A stretch of DNA of 64,000 nucleotides from a bacterium (lineage in GTDB: Bacteria > UBA10199 > 2-02-FULL-44-16 > JAAZCA01). Under the pieces are notes generated by a model. That model ran no database searches and was not told where the DNA came from. It saw nothing but the letters and a program-made list of their open reading frames with translations. Of the stretch, positions 1-9,507 are shown one piece after another. Numbering within the stretch: the first letter of the stretch is position 1; each line of letters begins with the position of its first letter. The position numbers and the translations under genes were made by a program. The stretch is from positions 384,001 through 448,000 of the forward strand of contig CAXXGI010000003.1 in the NCBI GenBank assembly GCA_963674695.2, in the 5' to 3' direction.

Positions 1-586
1 GGATCTCCATGAGGTTGAGGAGCGTGGCTTCATAATCTGGAATCGTCTCGCCCAAGACGCTTCGGGCGGTGCAGACGTCGTAGCGCTCGCTCCTCTCGAT
101 CGGCTTTTCGGTATAGCTCTCGGTCGTCTTCCCCATCATGCGCACGGCCGAGCCGCTCATCTCACGGCAGGAGCGCGGGGGACCCTCGAATGCCCGCACA
201 AATCGCGACCATCCGTCCTTGGCGAACGCCTTGGGGAAGGTCTCGATCATGCGATCGATGAAGGCGATCACCTCGTCGGCGGAGTGTTTCTGGAGCAAGA
301 GGGTGAGCGCGGTGTTCGTCGAAATCTCGAATCCCTGCGGTCTGCCGAACGTGTCGACGAGATGCTTCCACAGGCGGATGCGCTCCCCCATCGTGTTGAA
401 ACGATCGGCATTTGGTTGCTGCTCGGCGGGTTTGGCGATGAGTTTTTCGGCCTCAGGAGGAGGGGGGTTCAAAGCCGGCGCGGCGGCAGGCGTCTCTTGA
501 GACGCGGGTGTAGTGGCCTCCGCGTGAGCGGGTGAACCTTCGCGTGTGGCGGTGATTTCGTTGTGATTGATTCCATTGATGGCCAT
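1..586 (-). CDS. Hypothetical protein, 5' part (runs off the window edge); Pro/Ala/Thr-rich low-complexity N-terminus
   Basis: ATG at 586 with GGGAG RBS; open frame MAINGINHNEITATREGSPAHAEATTPASQETPAAAPALNPPPP... continues to the window edge; GCAAC-N16-CGATAA motif upstream. Confidence 0.7.
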   Translation of the reverse strand, partial: MAINGINHNEITATREGSPAHAEATTPASQETPAAAPALNPPPPEAEKLIAKPAEQQPNADRFNTMGERIRLWKHLVDTFGRPQGFEISTNTALTLLLQKHSADEVIAFIDRMIETFPKAFAKDGWSRFVRAFEGPPRSCREMSGSAVRMMGKTTESYTEKPIERSERYDVCTARSVLGETIPDYEATLLNLMEI

Positions 587-628
587 CTTGACTCCCGAAG
601 ATGACCCTCCCCCTGATGCACATCATTA

Positions 629-655
629 TTATCGGCAACGATCGCTGAATGTTGC
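629..655 (-). promoter_or_regulatory. GCAAC-N16-CGATAA promoter-like motif (site 1)
   Basis: Reverse strand reads GCAAC attcagcgatcgttgc CGATAA, ~43 nt before ATG 586. Confidence 0.7.
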
Positions 656-690
656 GCAGTAAAGATGGCTACATGACCACATAGGATCGT

Positions 691-1338
691 CTATTCGGAT
701 GGAAGTGTGGATGTTTTTATCTTCTCAGGTGCTTTCCGATACATCTGATACGTATTCACCCTGCCTTCCGCCTTCCACTTCATCGAAAAATAGGTCGGAT
801 AGGCGTCGGGCTTGTCGTGGACGATGACGTCGGGATAGGCGCTTGTCAGTTCCGCAATCGTCGCAGCGGATCGGCGTACATCCTCGGCATAGGCATGGTC
901 GTCCGTGGCGATCGAGACCGTTCCGTCGGGTTTCAGGATGCGTTGACATTCATGCAGGAGGTCGATGGAGACCGCGCGGTTCTTCTCGTGGCGATTCTTC
1001 GGCCAGGGGTCGGGAAAGAGGATGTGAATCTCGTCCACGCTGGCGTCCGGAAAGAAGCGGGGGAGTGCTGCGCGCGCATCGTCCTGGATGATGCGGACGT
1101 TGGCGAGCGCTCGTTTCTCCGCGCGCACGATCAGTTTGTCCACGCGCTTGCGCTTGATCTCGATGCCCACCACCGCAGCGTTGGGGTTGTGCTCGGCCAG
1201 GTGAAAGAGAAAGTCGCCGCGACCAGGCCCGACCTCGATGATCGTGCGGCGACCGATGAGCGCGGCACCCGCCGGATAGACGATGGGCGTTTTCTGCGTG
1301 CGCTGCGGACAGGCCGCGATGTAGGGTTTGGGCGTCAT
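691..1338 (-). CDS. trmB: tRNA (guanine-N7)-methyltransferase
   Basis: EVGPGRGDFL SAM motif, GIEI, FPDPWPKNRHEKNR and ATDD motifs; start trimmed to MTPKPY. Confidence 0.9.
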   Translation of the reverse strand: MTPKPYIAACPQRTQKTPIVYPAGAALIGRRTIIEVGPGRGDFLFHLAEHNPNAAVVGIEIKRKRVDKLIVRAEKRALANVRIIQDDARAALPRFFPDASVDEIHILFPDPWPKNRHEKNRAVSIDLLHECQRILKPDGTVSIATDDHAYAEDVRRSAATIAELTSAYPDVIVHDKPDAYPTYFSMKWKAEGRVNTYQMYRKAPEKIKTSTLPSE

Positions 1339-1428
1339 GGCCGCGCACCATAGCCTCATCGACCCCATGGTTGTCAACCCTTCAGCCACATTCGAGCTAG
1401 AGCAGTGCACAAGCACGGCACAGGCCTG

Positions 1429-1680
1429 GCGTTCACCTCCCGCGTCCTCCCTCCCTCTGTCGCTCAAGCTCAAGCATCGTCCGGGAAGGTGTTCTTCGGG
1501 GAGCGCCGCCTCGGCTCACACGCCGCCTCGACGGCTTTTCTTTTTTCGTCGCAGCATAAGAGGCTTCGATGGCGACGAAAAAAGATATCCCCTACAAACA
1601 CCTTCCCGGACGATGCTTTCGAAGGGCGGTTGAGGCTCCTCCGGGAGTGATGCCGCGGGAGGTGAACGCAAAAGGCAGTC
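1429..1680. repeat. ~250-nt nested-hairpin structured element, copy 1
   Basis: Nested IRs gcgttcacctcccgcg/cgcgggaggtgaacgc and catcgtccgggaaggtgtt/aacaccttcccggacgatg; homologs at ~7479 and ~25395. Confidence 0.75.
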
Positions 1681-1997
1681 AATAGCTTTGACTCAATTGT
1701 TATTTGTCTCTGCAGTTCGTTATTCATGAACGCATATTACTTGTCATGATCAATCCGTTTGGAACCTTTTGTCTTTGACGCCTCGCGGAGAGAGCCGTTT
1801 TGGCCTGCGAAGAGCTGCCGGTTGAGATCGAAGATCTCAATTCCGAATGATGTTTGAGCCCGCCAGAATATGATGTGCTTTTCACCTTCGGCGGGTGCGT
1901 TCATGAGGAAAGGCGGATCGAGTCAGATGCCAAAACGTGTGAGCGGAGCGAATGCGCAAAGACAAAAGGTTCCAAACGGTTTGATCATGCTCATTTC

Positions 1998-2777
1998 TTA
2001 TGTTGTTCCGCGTCGGTCGATGGTGAGGAGTGTGCCGCCGACGACGAGGATGGGGGCGAAGAGGAGGCTGAAGAAGGGGATGGCAAACCCCGCGCCTAAT
2101 CCTATGAGCGACCACTTGTGCTGCCAGCCGAAGCGGAAGCGATCGCCCGTCGGGACGATCCGCCGCCCGAGCGGCAGGTCGGCGAACGCGAATCCCAGGT
2201 CCCATGCGCCGAAGATGAGTGTCAGCACCACATAGATCACGCCGCCGATACCGGGGATGAGGTTGACCACGAGCAGGACGATCGGGATGGCGATGAGGAT
2301 CGCCGCCTTGATCGACTCCACCTTGATGATGCGCAGCATGTCCCCCAGGAATTTCGTCCACACAAACGGCGGGCCTTCTTTGCCCGTGACGATTATCTCC
2401 ACGCGCTCGGAGAGCGCATCGTTGAAGGGTGCGGCGATGATGAGGCCGGCGGCATAGCCGACGATGAGCAGCAGAATGAGCGCGACGAGCACGAGCAGGA
2501 GCTGAAACAGGACGTTGACGACCCAGAGCAGGGCATTCAGCGCCTGCCAGTACCAGGTGCTCGGGTTCTCGATCGTGAGATCCCCGACGTAAGAGACCAG
2601 CCACCCGTAGAGATCGCCATAATAATGAACGAAGCCCCAGATCATCACGAGGATGAGTGCCAGGTTGATGAGAAACGGAATGAGCGCCCACGGCCAGAGT
2701 CGCGGCTTGGAGAAGAGAAACGAAAATCCGCGAAAAAAATACCGCATGCCGTCGAAGAGGTCTTTGAAGGGAGTCAT
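1998..2777 (-). CDS. EI24/CysZ-like membrane protein, copy 1
   Basis: KPRLWPWALIP, IAAPFNDALSERVE and D.PL.RR motifs typical of CysZ/EI24; multiple TM segments. Confidence 0.85.
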   Translation of the reverse strand: MTPFKDLFDGMRYFFRGFSFLFSKPRLWPWALIPFLINLALILVMIWGFVHYYGDLYGWLVSYVGDLTIENPSTWYWQALNALLWVVNVLFQLLLVLVALILLLIVGYAAGLIIAAPFNDALSERVEIIVTGKEGPPFVWTKFLGDMLRIIKVESIKAAILIAIPIVLLVVNLIPGIGGVIYVVLTLIFGAWDLGFAFADLPLGRRIVPTGDRFRFGWQHKWSLIGLGAGFAIPFFSLLFAPILVVGGTLLTIDRRGTT

Positions 2778-2934
2778 GGTGGTGTTGTAGCGGAAGACGA
2801 GCATCTGGGCAAGGGATTGCGTGTAAGGGGGGATTCGTCAAATGAATCAGGCCAGCGTGTTGATGGACTCGAAATAACAGGAACGAATGTGGTTCCGAGC
2901 GTTCTCTTTTGAAAACGGTTTTTTTCTTCAAGAC

Positions 2935-2961
2935 GCAACTTTTTCCGAACATCCGCGATAA
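2935..2961 (+). promoter_or_regulatory. GCAAC-N16-CGATAA motif (site 2)
   Basis: GCAAC tttttccgaacatccg CGATAA, 43 nt before ATG 3005. Confidence 0.7.
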
Positions 2962-3004
2962 GAGATCGAACAGAAACAATAACCCTTTTTATGAGGAGGT
3001 CATC

Positions 3005-4420
3005 ATGTCGATTTTTTTCACCGTTTCCCAGATGGGACAGACCGCATCACAGGTTGCATCACAAGCCATGAACACGACCGCGTTCGATACGCTTCAGCCG
3101 GCGTTCGAAGCCGGCGACGGGGCGATGTTTGCGGACACCTATGTCGCACCGGAAGTGGCCAACGATACGATCATGTATTCTCAGAGCGCTAGTGATGGTC
3201 AGGGTAAGGGAGGTATTGGAGCGTTTGGTCTGGGCAGGAAAAAGAATGCCGTTGTCGTGAAAGATAAAGGGACCTCGCTACAGGCGACGCAGGGATTTGA
3301 TGTCGATTCCCTCAAGATCAGTGGTGAGCGAAGACTGGAGATTGAACAAAGCGCACGCGAGATCGTGGATATGATTCACGATAACCCGCAGTCTGTCCAT
3401 ATCCGAACAAATGTCGGAGCGATTGGATCGGATGCGATTGAGCAATCGAGAGCGGTGGCAAAACTGCTGCATCAAAGCGTGGGAAGCTTGATGAGCTCGC
3501 TTGGATCGGAGGGGAGGGTGCTCAAGACGCTGATGGAGGTGCGCAAGATGATGAAGACGGTTGAAGGTCCATGGTATGTGCGCGCGATGGATACGGTGTC
3601 GGAGCAGCTGCCCTTCGGCAGGGGGGCTGGAAAGCGGCTCGCCGTAAGATGGGAACAGTTGGGTGACACCCCGAATAACCTGGCAGAGGGATTGAAAGAT
3701 CAACGCACGGAGATGCAGCAGGGCATCGTTGCGCTACAGGACCTTTCGCGTATGGCAAAAGAGTGTGGACAAAAGGTCGATGAGACCGTTCTCGTCCTGC
3801 ATATGATCATCAGCGATCTGGAGAAGGGTAGCGAGAAGAGCGAACGATCACCCGATGAGAGTATGGCGCTTACGCATGTTCAGTCGCGACTGAAACGCCG
3901 GAAGACACAGATGATCCTCCAGCGTGAGCGGCTTGTCAAGTCTGTGATAACCAATCTTCTCCATATGGATGTCAATGATCGAACGATCGAGGAGATCGAA
4001 TTGACGATTGATGATATAAATATCGGTTTGCCGCAGAATCTGGCGCAGTTGGCTCTTCGGGAAAAGCAGAAGAAGGCGCAACAACTCACCGGTGCCGTGC
4101 GAGAGTTTACACGCGAGTTAGAGATGGCGACCGCCGAAGGAGTCTCCAGTGCCGTCGATGGGCAGCTCGCGCTTGAGCGCGATAGCGTTAAGGATTTTGA
4201 AAGCTTTGTGGCTACGCTGAAGATCGTCGATGTGGCGATGAAACGCTTTGAGAAGGGGACGTTTGAGAATCAGAAGCTGATGGACGACATGTTGAAAGGC
4301 GCTGAAGAGGTCATGGGCAATGCGGATAAGATGATCGCTGAATATCAGGAGGCCAGAAAGGTCATGGGGTTGGTCAAACCGCGCGCAGCGCTCGAGAAGA
4401 AAGAAGAGGGTGAGGGATGA
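3005..4420 (+). CDS. TelA/KlaB-like (toxic anion resistance-like) coiled-coil protein with low-complexity N-terminal extension, copy 1
   Basis: GAGGAGG RBS; helical heptad-rich body; LPFG.G..KR...RW pattern and LAQLALR..QKKAQ segment reminiscent of TelA; paralog at 10521. Confidence 0.55.
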   Translation: MSIFFTVSQMGQTASQVASQAMNTTAFDTLQPAFEAGDGAMFADTYVAPEVANDTIMYSQSASDGQGKGGIGAFGLGRKKNAVVVKDKGTSLQATQGFDVDSLKISGERRLEIEQSAREIVDMIHDNPQSVHIRTNVGAIGSDAIEQSRAVAKLLHQSVGSLMSSLGSEGRVLKTLMEVRKMMKTVEGPWYVRAMDTVSEQLPFGRGAGKRLAVRWEQLGDTPNNLAEGLKDQRTEMQQGIVALQDLSRMAKECGQKVDETVLVLHMIISDLEKGSEKSERSPDESMALTHVQSRLKRRKTQMILQRERLVKSVITNLLHMDVNDRTIEEIELTIDDINIGLPQNLAQLALREKQKKAQQLTGAVREFTRELEMATAEGVSSAVDGQLALERDSVKDFESFVATLKIVDVAMKRFEKGTFENQKLMDDMLKGAEEVMGNADKMIAEYQEARKVMGLVKPRAALEKKEEGEG

Positions 4421-6180
4421 GTGGTATCGCGCACTACCTGACGAACGCCTATACCTGGGCGCCGACGGTGCCGGATCTGTTCAATATGGATGCGGTGCAG
4501 ACCATGCCCATGGAGGCATTCGATCTGGGTGATGCGGGTGAGGTGCAGGTGGCTCCGTCCGTCGAGATGGCGGGCGATGCGTTTGTGGCGAAGCCGAAGC
4601 CCGTTGCGGTGGCGGTCAAGGAACGCCCGAACACGGCTTCGCTCGAGACGTTCTTCGCCTCGCGCGAACACCATGCGATGGTCGTGAGCACGGGCGACAG
4701 CCTTGCCCCGGCCGAAGATCCCGTGACGCTCAGCGTGACAAAAGCGGTCAAGGCGCCGAAGCCGTCGAAGGAGAAACCGCTCTGGACCTGGAATCCGGTG
4801 ACGATTCTGACGAAGGGTGGGTTCGTCTCTTCGGTTGCTTCGAAGGCCTTCCTTGTTGGGCTCTGGATTGAGGGGTGTTCGACGCTCAACGTCATCGTGC
4901 AGGATGATAGCCGGAGGGTGGAAGAGTCGCTTGAAGGGATGGCGGTAGGCGCTCTTTTGTTGGGAACGACCTATTGCTTTGCGAATGCATGGGAGCATTG
5001 CCCTGATTGGATGGAGGCATTGGGTCGACAGATGACGAAGGACCTGCGTGCACAGGAGGCGCTGGATGGAAAGCTTCGGAACGATGGTGTTGCGCGCCTC
5101 ATGCTCGACGAGGGTCTCTCCGATCGTGAATATCAACTCACGTTGAACGCGGTGGTCAAGCAGTGGAAGCAGCTCAATCCCGTCGAGCAGGCGGCATTTC
5201 TGCGCGCGGATGCGATCGCTGGTCATGGGGGCAGTGTAAAGCCTGTCGTGTTGCAGGGGAGCGAAACGCCCGTTTCGGTCGGTTTGGCGCTACAGCGTCT
5301 GGCCGATCGCTATAAGGGGATGGAACTCACGCATGCAGCGGAACAGGTGCAGACGTGGAACAAGGCGTATGAAGCGAAATGGCAGAATGCGACGCACGAA
5401 CGGATCTCCGTCACGAGCGGAAGGAAACGGGACCGGGCGGTGACGATTGCGGCACGGCTTGCCAACATACCGGCGGCGCGCAGGACGTTGCGCGGTGTTG
5501 AGCCGAAGGTCTATCGAGGGCTCGTTCGGGATGCCGCCAAACAGTGGAAACGCCTCAACCCGATGCAGCAGGGAATAGCGCATATCGCCGATCGACTGAT
5601 GGAAACTCCGAGTGCAAGCGGGTCCGGTATATCGCTGACGCCGAAATGGGAATCGATGGCTCCGGGGTTTGTCCTGGCGCATATGATCGAACGGTTGGGG
5701 ATGACCGATCTCGTGATAGGGAGCGATGCACATGATCCGGTGGTTTGGTATGGCCGGTATCAGCAGGCGTTGCAACAAGCACAGACACATCCGGTGAAGA
5801 CCAGCGTGCGATTTGATGCGAGGCGTTCGCGTGTAAATATCGATGCCTATCTCCTGCAGATGCCCGAAGTCAGGAGCGTTTTCGCAACGCTGACACCGGG
5901 GCAGTATCGTCGGGCGATCGGTGCGCTTGTAAAGGAATGGTACGCTATCAATGGCGTCAGGAAGGCGCACTATCGCACCCACGATATGCGTAAAGGTCTC
6001 GTGCCCGATGATGACGACGCCATCTCCCCCAGCTTCATCGCCCTGCGCTTCTGCGAACGCTATCTGGGCATGGGCGAGAAGGGCACGCGCGAGCGGTTCA
6101 AGCTCGATGCCAAGGTCCGCGAGGAGCTGGAGGCGTGGTATCGGTCGTATCGGGAGGCGTTGGAGGAGGCAGAGGGATGA
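4417..6180 (+). CDS. Family-X protein 1 (unknown function; hydrophobic segment + 3 internal repeats)
   Basis: ATGA overlap with upstream gene; W..LNPVEQ..ADx repeats; C-terminal RFCERYLGMGEK..FKLDAKVR..LEAWYRSY. Confidence 0.85.
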   Translation: MSGIAHYLTNAYTWAPTVPDLFNMDAVQTMPMEAFDLGDAGEVQVAPSVEMAGDAFVAKPKPVAVAVKERPNTASLETFFASREHHAMVVSTGDSLAPAEDPVTLSVTKAVKAPKPSKEKPLWTWNPVTILTKGGFVSSVASKAFLVGLWIEGCSTLNVIVQDDSRRVEESLEGMAVGALLLGTTYCFANAWEHCPDWMEALGRQMTKDLRAQEALDGKLRNDGVARLMLDEGLSDREYQLTLNAVVKQWKQLNPVEQAAFLRADAIAGHGGSVKPVVLQGSETPVSVGLALQRLADRYKGMELTHAAEQVQTWNKAYEAKWQNATHERISVTSGRKRDRAVTIAARLANIPAARRTLRGVEPKVYRGLVRDAAKQWKRLNPMQQGIAHIADRLMETPSASGSGISLTPKWESMAPGFVLAHMIERLGMTDLVIGSDAHDPVVWYGRYQQALQQAQTHPVKTSVRFDARRSRVNIDAYLLQMPEVRSVFATLTPGQYRRAIGALVKEWYAINGVRKAHYRTHDMRKGLVPDDDDAISPSFIALRFCERYLGMGEKGTRERFKLDAKVREELEAWYRSYREALEEAEG

Positions 6181-7451
6181 CCATACTGCTGAGCATTCCC
6201 ACAAGCCTGATGGCTCCAGCCCCGACGAATCTGTCGGGAGTGGATGATGGTGCGTGGGTGACGGCGATCGATCTGGCAGGTAACGATGAGACGGCGCTTG
6301 CCATCGTCGATACGACGGCGGTCTCACCGATGACGGTCTCATATGAAGCTCCCTCTCAGAATTTCCTTTCGCGTGCATGGAATCGCCTGCGCCAGGGAAC
6401 GACCGCTCGTCCGCGAACGACGCGCGATGGATGGATCACACCAGAGGGGACGACCTCACCGGCGCTTTCAGCCGCCTATACGCTGGCCGCGTATATCGAT
6501 CCCGACAATCGCCCGCGCCAGAGCTCGATTGCGGCGACGATGCTGCGTAGTGCGCGGCGTGCGGCGAACATCCGTTTGCAGAAAAGCATCCGTCCGCTCG
6601 ATGTCGCCGAGGTGGCGGCTGTTGGGTTTGAACTCGAAATGACCGATGCCTTGCTCGATGAGATCGGTGTGGCTCCCGAAGAAATCGCCGATTTTCGGGC
6701 CCTGGATCGAACGCGATCCCCTGGAACGAGCGGAACGCCGGTGGCCAAGGCGCGCTGGCTCGCCAAGCTCTCGCTCTATGCGCCGGAGCGCGAGGTGCAC
6801 TTCTGGCGCTGGGCTGAGCAGGCATCTGCACAGCTCGTTGCGCGCACGATCCTGCGCGCTTCCCTCCCCGACGAACCGCTGCAAGGGGCACTTAGCCTGG
6901 AAGGCGCGCTCATGCTCGCGGGGCGCGAGCGGGCGATGGCGGGGCGCGACCACATCGTGCGCATCGATCATGTGCTCGGTGCCGTCGCCGCGGCGGGCGG
7001 TGTTGACCCGTTTTCGTGGAAGGACCTGGCGAAGGTATCGGAGCTGCCGACGTCACTCACGAACGCCGCGCGCGCATGGACACAGACCGACGCCGCTCGG
7101 ATGAGGGATCAAGACAGCGCCTTTGCCTCCATCGAACTCGTCGAGCGCCTCTATGCGATGACCGAAGGCGTGCGTACGTTCGAGAAGCGCATGGGCCGCA
7201 GTCAGCGCGATAACCTGCGCGTGCACGCCTCGCGCGCACTCGACCGCGATACGATCAGCGATGCGGATCTCACGCTCCTGCTCTGGGAAATGCTCGGTCG
7301 CTCAAACGTTGATCCGAATGAAGCGGTGATCATGTACATCGAACGCATCGCCGATGGCATCTTCACCCTGCGCAACGATGCCAGCCGTCTCCACAACGAA
7401 GCGTTCAATCTCTACCGCCGATTCATTTTACCGCAGAAGACACTCCCCTAG
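6177..7451 (+). CDS. Family-Y protein 1 (unknown function, helical)
   Basis: ATGA-coupled start at 6177; paralog at 17393. Confidence 0.8.
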   Translation: MTILLSIPTSLMAPAPTNLSGVDDGAWVTAIDLAGNDETALAIVDTTAVSPMTVSYEAPSQNFLSRAWNRLRQGTTARPRTTRDGWITPEGTTSPALSAAYTLAAYIDPDNRPRQSSIAATMLRSARRAANIRLQKSIRPLDVAEVAAVGFELEMTDALLDEIGVAPEEIADFRALDRTRSPGTSGTPVAKARWLAKLSLYAPEREVHFWRWAEQASAQLVARTILRASLPDEPLQGALSLEGALMLAGRERAMAGRDHIVRIDHVLGAVAAAGGVDPFSWKDLAKVSELPTSLTNAARAWTQTDAARMRDQDSAFASIELVERLYAMTEGVRTFEKRMGRSQRDNLRVHASRALDRDTISDADLTLLLWEMLGRSNVDPNEAVIMYIERIADGIFTLRNDASRLHNEAFNLYRRFILPQKTLP

Positions 7452-7478
7452 GCACGGCACAAGCAGAGCACAAGCACG

Positions 7479-7755
7479 GCGTTCACCTCCCGCGCCCTCC
7501 CTCCCTCTGTCGCTCGAGCTCAAGCATCGTCCGGGAAGGTGTTCTTCGGGGAGCGCCGCCTCGGCCCCGCCTAGCCAACCGGCGGGCAGGTCAAACGCCG
7601 CCTCGACGGCTTTTCTTTTTTCGTCGCAGCATAAGAGGCTTCGATGGCGACGAAAAAAGATATCCCCTACAAACACCTTCCCGGACGATGCTTTCGAAAG
7701 GCGGTTGAGGCTCCTCCGGGAGTGATGCCGCGGGAGGTGAACGCAAAAGGCAGTC
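7479..7755. repeat. Structured element copy 2, carrying a small CCCGCC..GGCGGGCAGG insert
   Basis: Near-identical to 1429-1680 except an insertion at ~7566-7591. Confidence 0.75.
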
Positions 7756-7974
7756 AATAGCTTTGACTCAATTGTTATTTGTCTCTGCAGTTCGTTATTC
7801 ATGAACGCATATTACTTGTCATGATCAATCCGTTTGGAACCTTTTGTCTTTGACGCCTCGCGGAGAGAGCCGTTTTGGCCTGCGAAGAGCTGCCGGTTGA
7901 GATCGAAGATCTCAATTCCGAATGATATTTGAGCCCGCCAGAATATGATGTGCTTTTCACCTTCGGCGGGTGAG

Positions 7975-9409
7975 AATATATGGATGCCCAGCCCTTGATG
8001 TAACGAGCGCTGGTTAACTCATAAATAATTCACTATGGGTGAAATTATTTAACTCATCGAAGGGGGGCATCCAGATGAAAAACATAGTCTATGTTGGTAT
8101 TGATGTCGATGATAATGCGTTCCATGGTCATGCGGTAGAGAACGATTCCGAAAAAACGTTTTCTTTTACGTGCAGGCCCAATGTAGCTCATTTGGTGAAG
8201 AAGTTAAATGCCCTCAGGGGGGAGAATGGAGAATTGAAAATATGCTACGAGAGCACTTATTTGGGATTTTCTCTTCAACGGGATCTCTCGGCCCATGGCT
8301 GGCATTGCGACGTCATAGCCTCTTCTCTCATTCCAAAGAAGCCCGGTAAATTTGTAAAAACAGACAAGATCGATTGTAGAAGCTTCGCGCGGAATTACAG
8401 AAACGGTGAACTGAGCATAGTGCATGTGCCTGATGCTGAGGAAGAATGTGTCCGAAGCATCGTTCGTTCCAGGAAGTTCCTCAAAGAACAATCAAAGGAG
8501 CTCAAGAGGCATATCCTCTCAGCCTGTCGTTGCGCTGGGATTCATTATCGAACCGAAGAGGGAAAAGGACGAGAATACTGGACAGCGGTGCACCGGGAGT
8601 GGCTATCAAGACAAACATCCAAGCATAAAAGCCAGGTTTTCCAATTTAACATTCACTCCTTATTGATGCATTTAAAGCAGGTAGAGCTAGAGATCGGTTG
8701 CTATGAAAAGGAGATCGCGCGGTTGGCTCAAAGCTCATTTTATAAAAAGAAAGTGGATTCCTTGCGGTGTTATCGAGGCTTAGACACGTTATCCTCCATG
8801 ACCCTTATTACAGAGATAGGAGATATTTCCCGTTTTGCACATCCACGGAAGCTCTGTTCCTATGCGGGCATGGACTTGAGGGAATATAGTTCAGGAGGAA
8901 AAGAGCATCGATTCAGCATGAGCAAGATGGGAAATCGGCATATACGAACCGGTGTGATAGAAGCATGCCAGTCATCTGCTCGAATTCCAAGGGTAAGCAA
9001 ACGACTCAAGGAAATGAGAAAAGGTACAGATGAACGATACATAGCCATTGCCGATCGATGTATGAAGCGGTTGCATCAAAAATCGAGTAGATTGCTGTGC
9101 CGGGGAAAAGAGAAAAACAAGGTGAAGGTTGCATGTGGACGAGAGTTGCTGTGTTTTATTTGGGAATCATTGAGGGGGGTTGATAGGGAGTTTAAAGCTG
9201 TGGAGGCTTGATTAAGCAGGGAATGAAGCAGCCCACGCCATGAACATGGATGTAGATATCCGAGGCGAGATTGTGGATAGGCTTCAATCGGATTCAACTT
9301 AATGCGTTAACCAGCACGCGGATATGAGGTTGAAAGCCCTTGAAGCTCATTGAAGACAACATCGCTTTAAGCACGATCACCCTATTGACACACTGGGCAT
9401 CCATATGAG
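7975..9409 (+). mobile_element. IS110-family (IS1111-type) insertion sequence
   Basis: 14-bp subterminal IRs ATATGGATGCCCAG (7978-7991) / CTGGGCATCCATAT (9393-9406); TGAG at both junctions; flanks join to reproduce the empty paralogous site at 1880-1910; lower GC than surroundings. Confidence 0.92.
8075..9211 (+). CDS. IS110 DEDD transposase/recombinase
   Basis: YVGIDV, CYES, KTDKIDC, EIGDISRF..PRKLCSYAG and SSGGK...SK.GN motifs. Confidence 0.93.
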   Translation: MKNIVYVGIDVDDNAFHGHAVENDSEKTFSFTCRPNVAHLVKKLNALRGENGELKICYESTYLGFSLQRDLSAHGWHCDVIASSLIPKKPGKFVKTDKIDCRSFARNYRNGELSIVHVPDAEEECVRSIVRSRKFLKEQSKELKRHILSACRCAGIHYRTEEGKGREYWTAVHREWLSRQTSKHKSQVFQFNIHSLLMHLKQVELEIGCYEKEIARLAQSSFYKKKVDSLRCYRGLDTLSSMTLITEIGDISRFAHPRKLCSYAGMDLREYSSGGKEHRFSMSKMGNRHIRTGVIEACQSSARIPRVSKRLKEMRKGTDERYIAIADRCMKRLHQKSSRLLCRGKEKNKVKVACGRELLCFIWESLRGVDREFKAVEA

Positions 9410-9507
9410 TTCATGAGGAAAGGCGGATCGAGTCAGATGCCAAAACGTGTGAGCGGAGCGAATGCGCAAAGACAAAAGGTTCCAAACGGTTTGATCATGC
9501 TCATTTC

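Noticed and set aside
1328-1727. Short ORFs over the structured element (also 7354-7802 and 25263-25718)
   Set aside because: They derive from a palindromic repeat, and the frames are not conserved across copies
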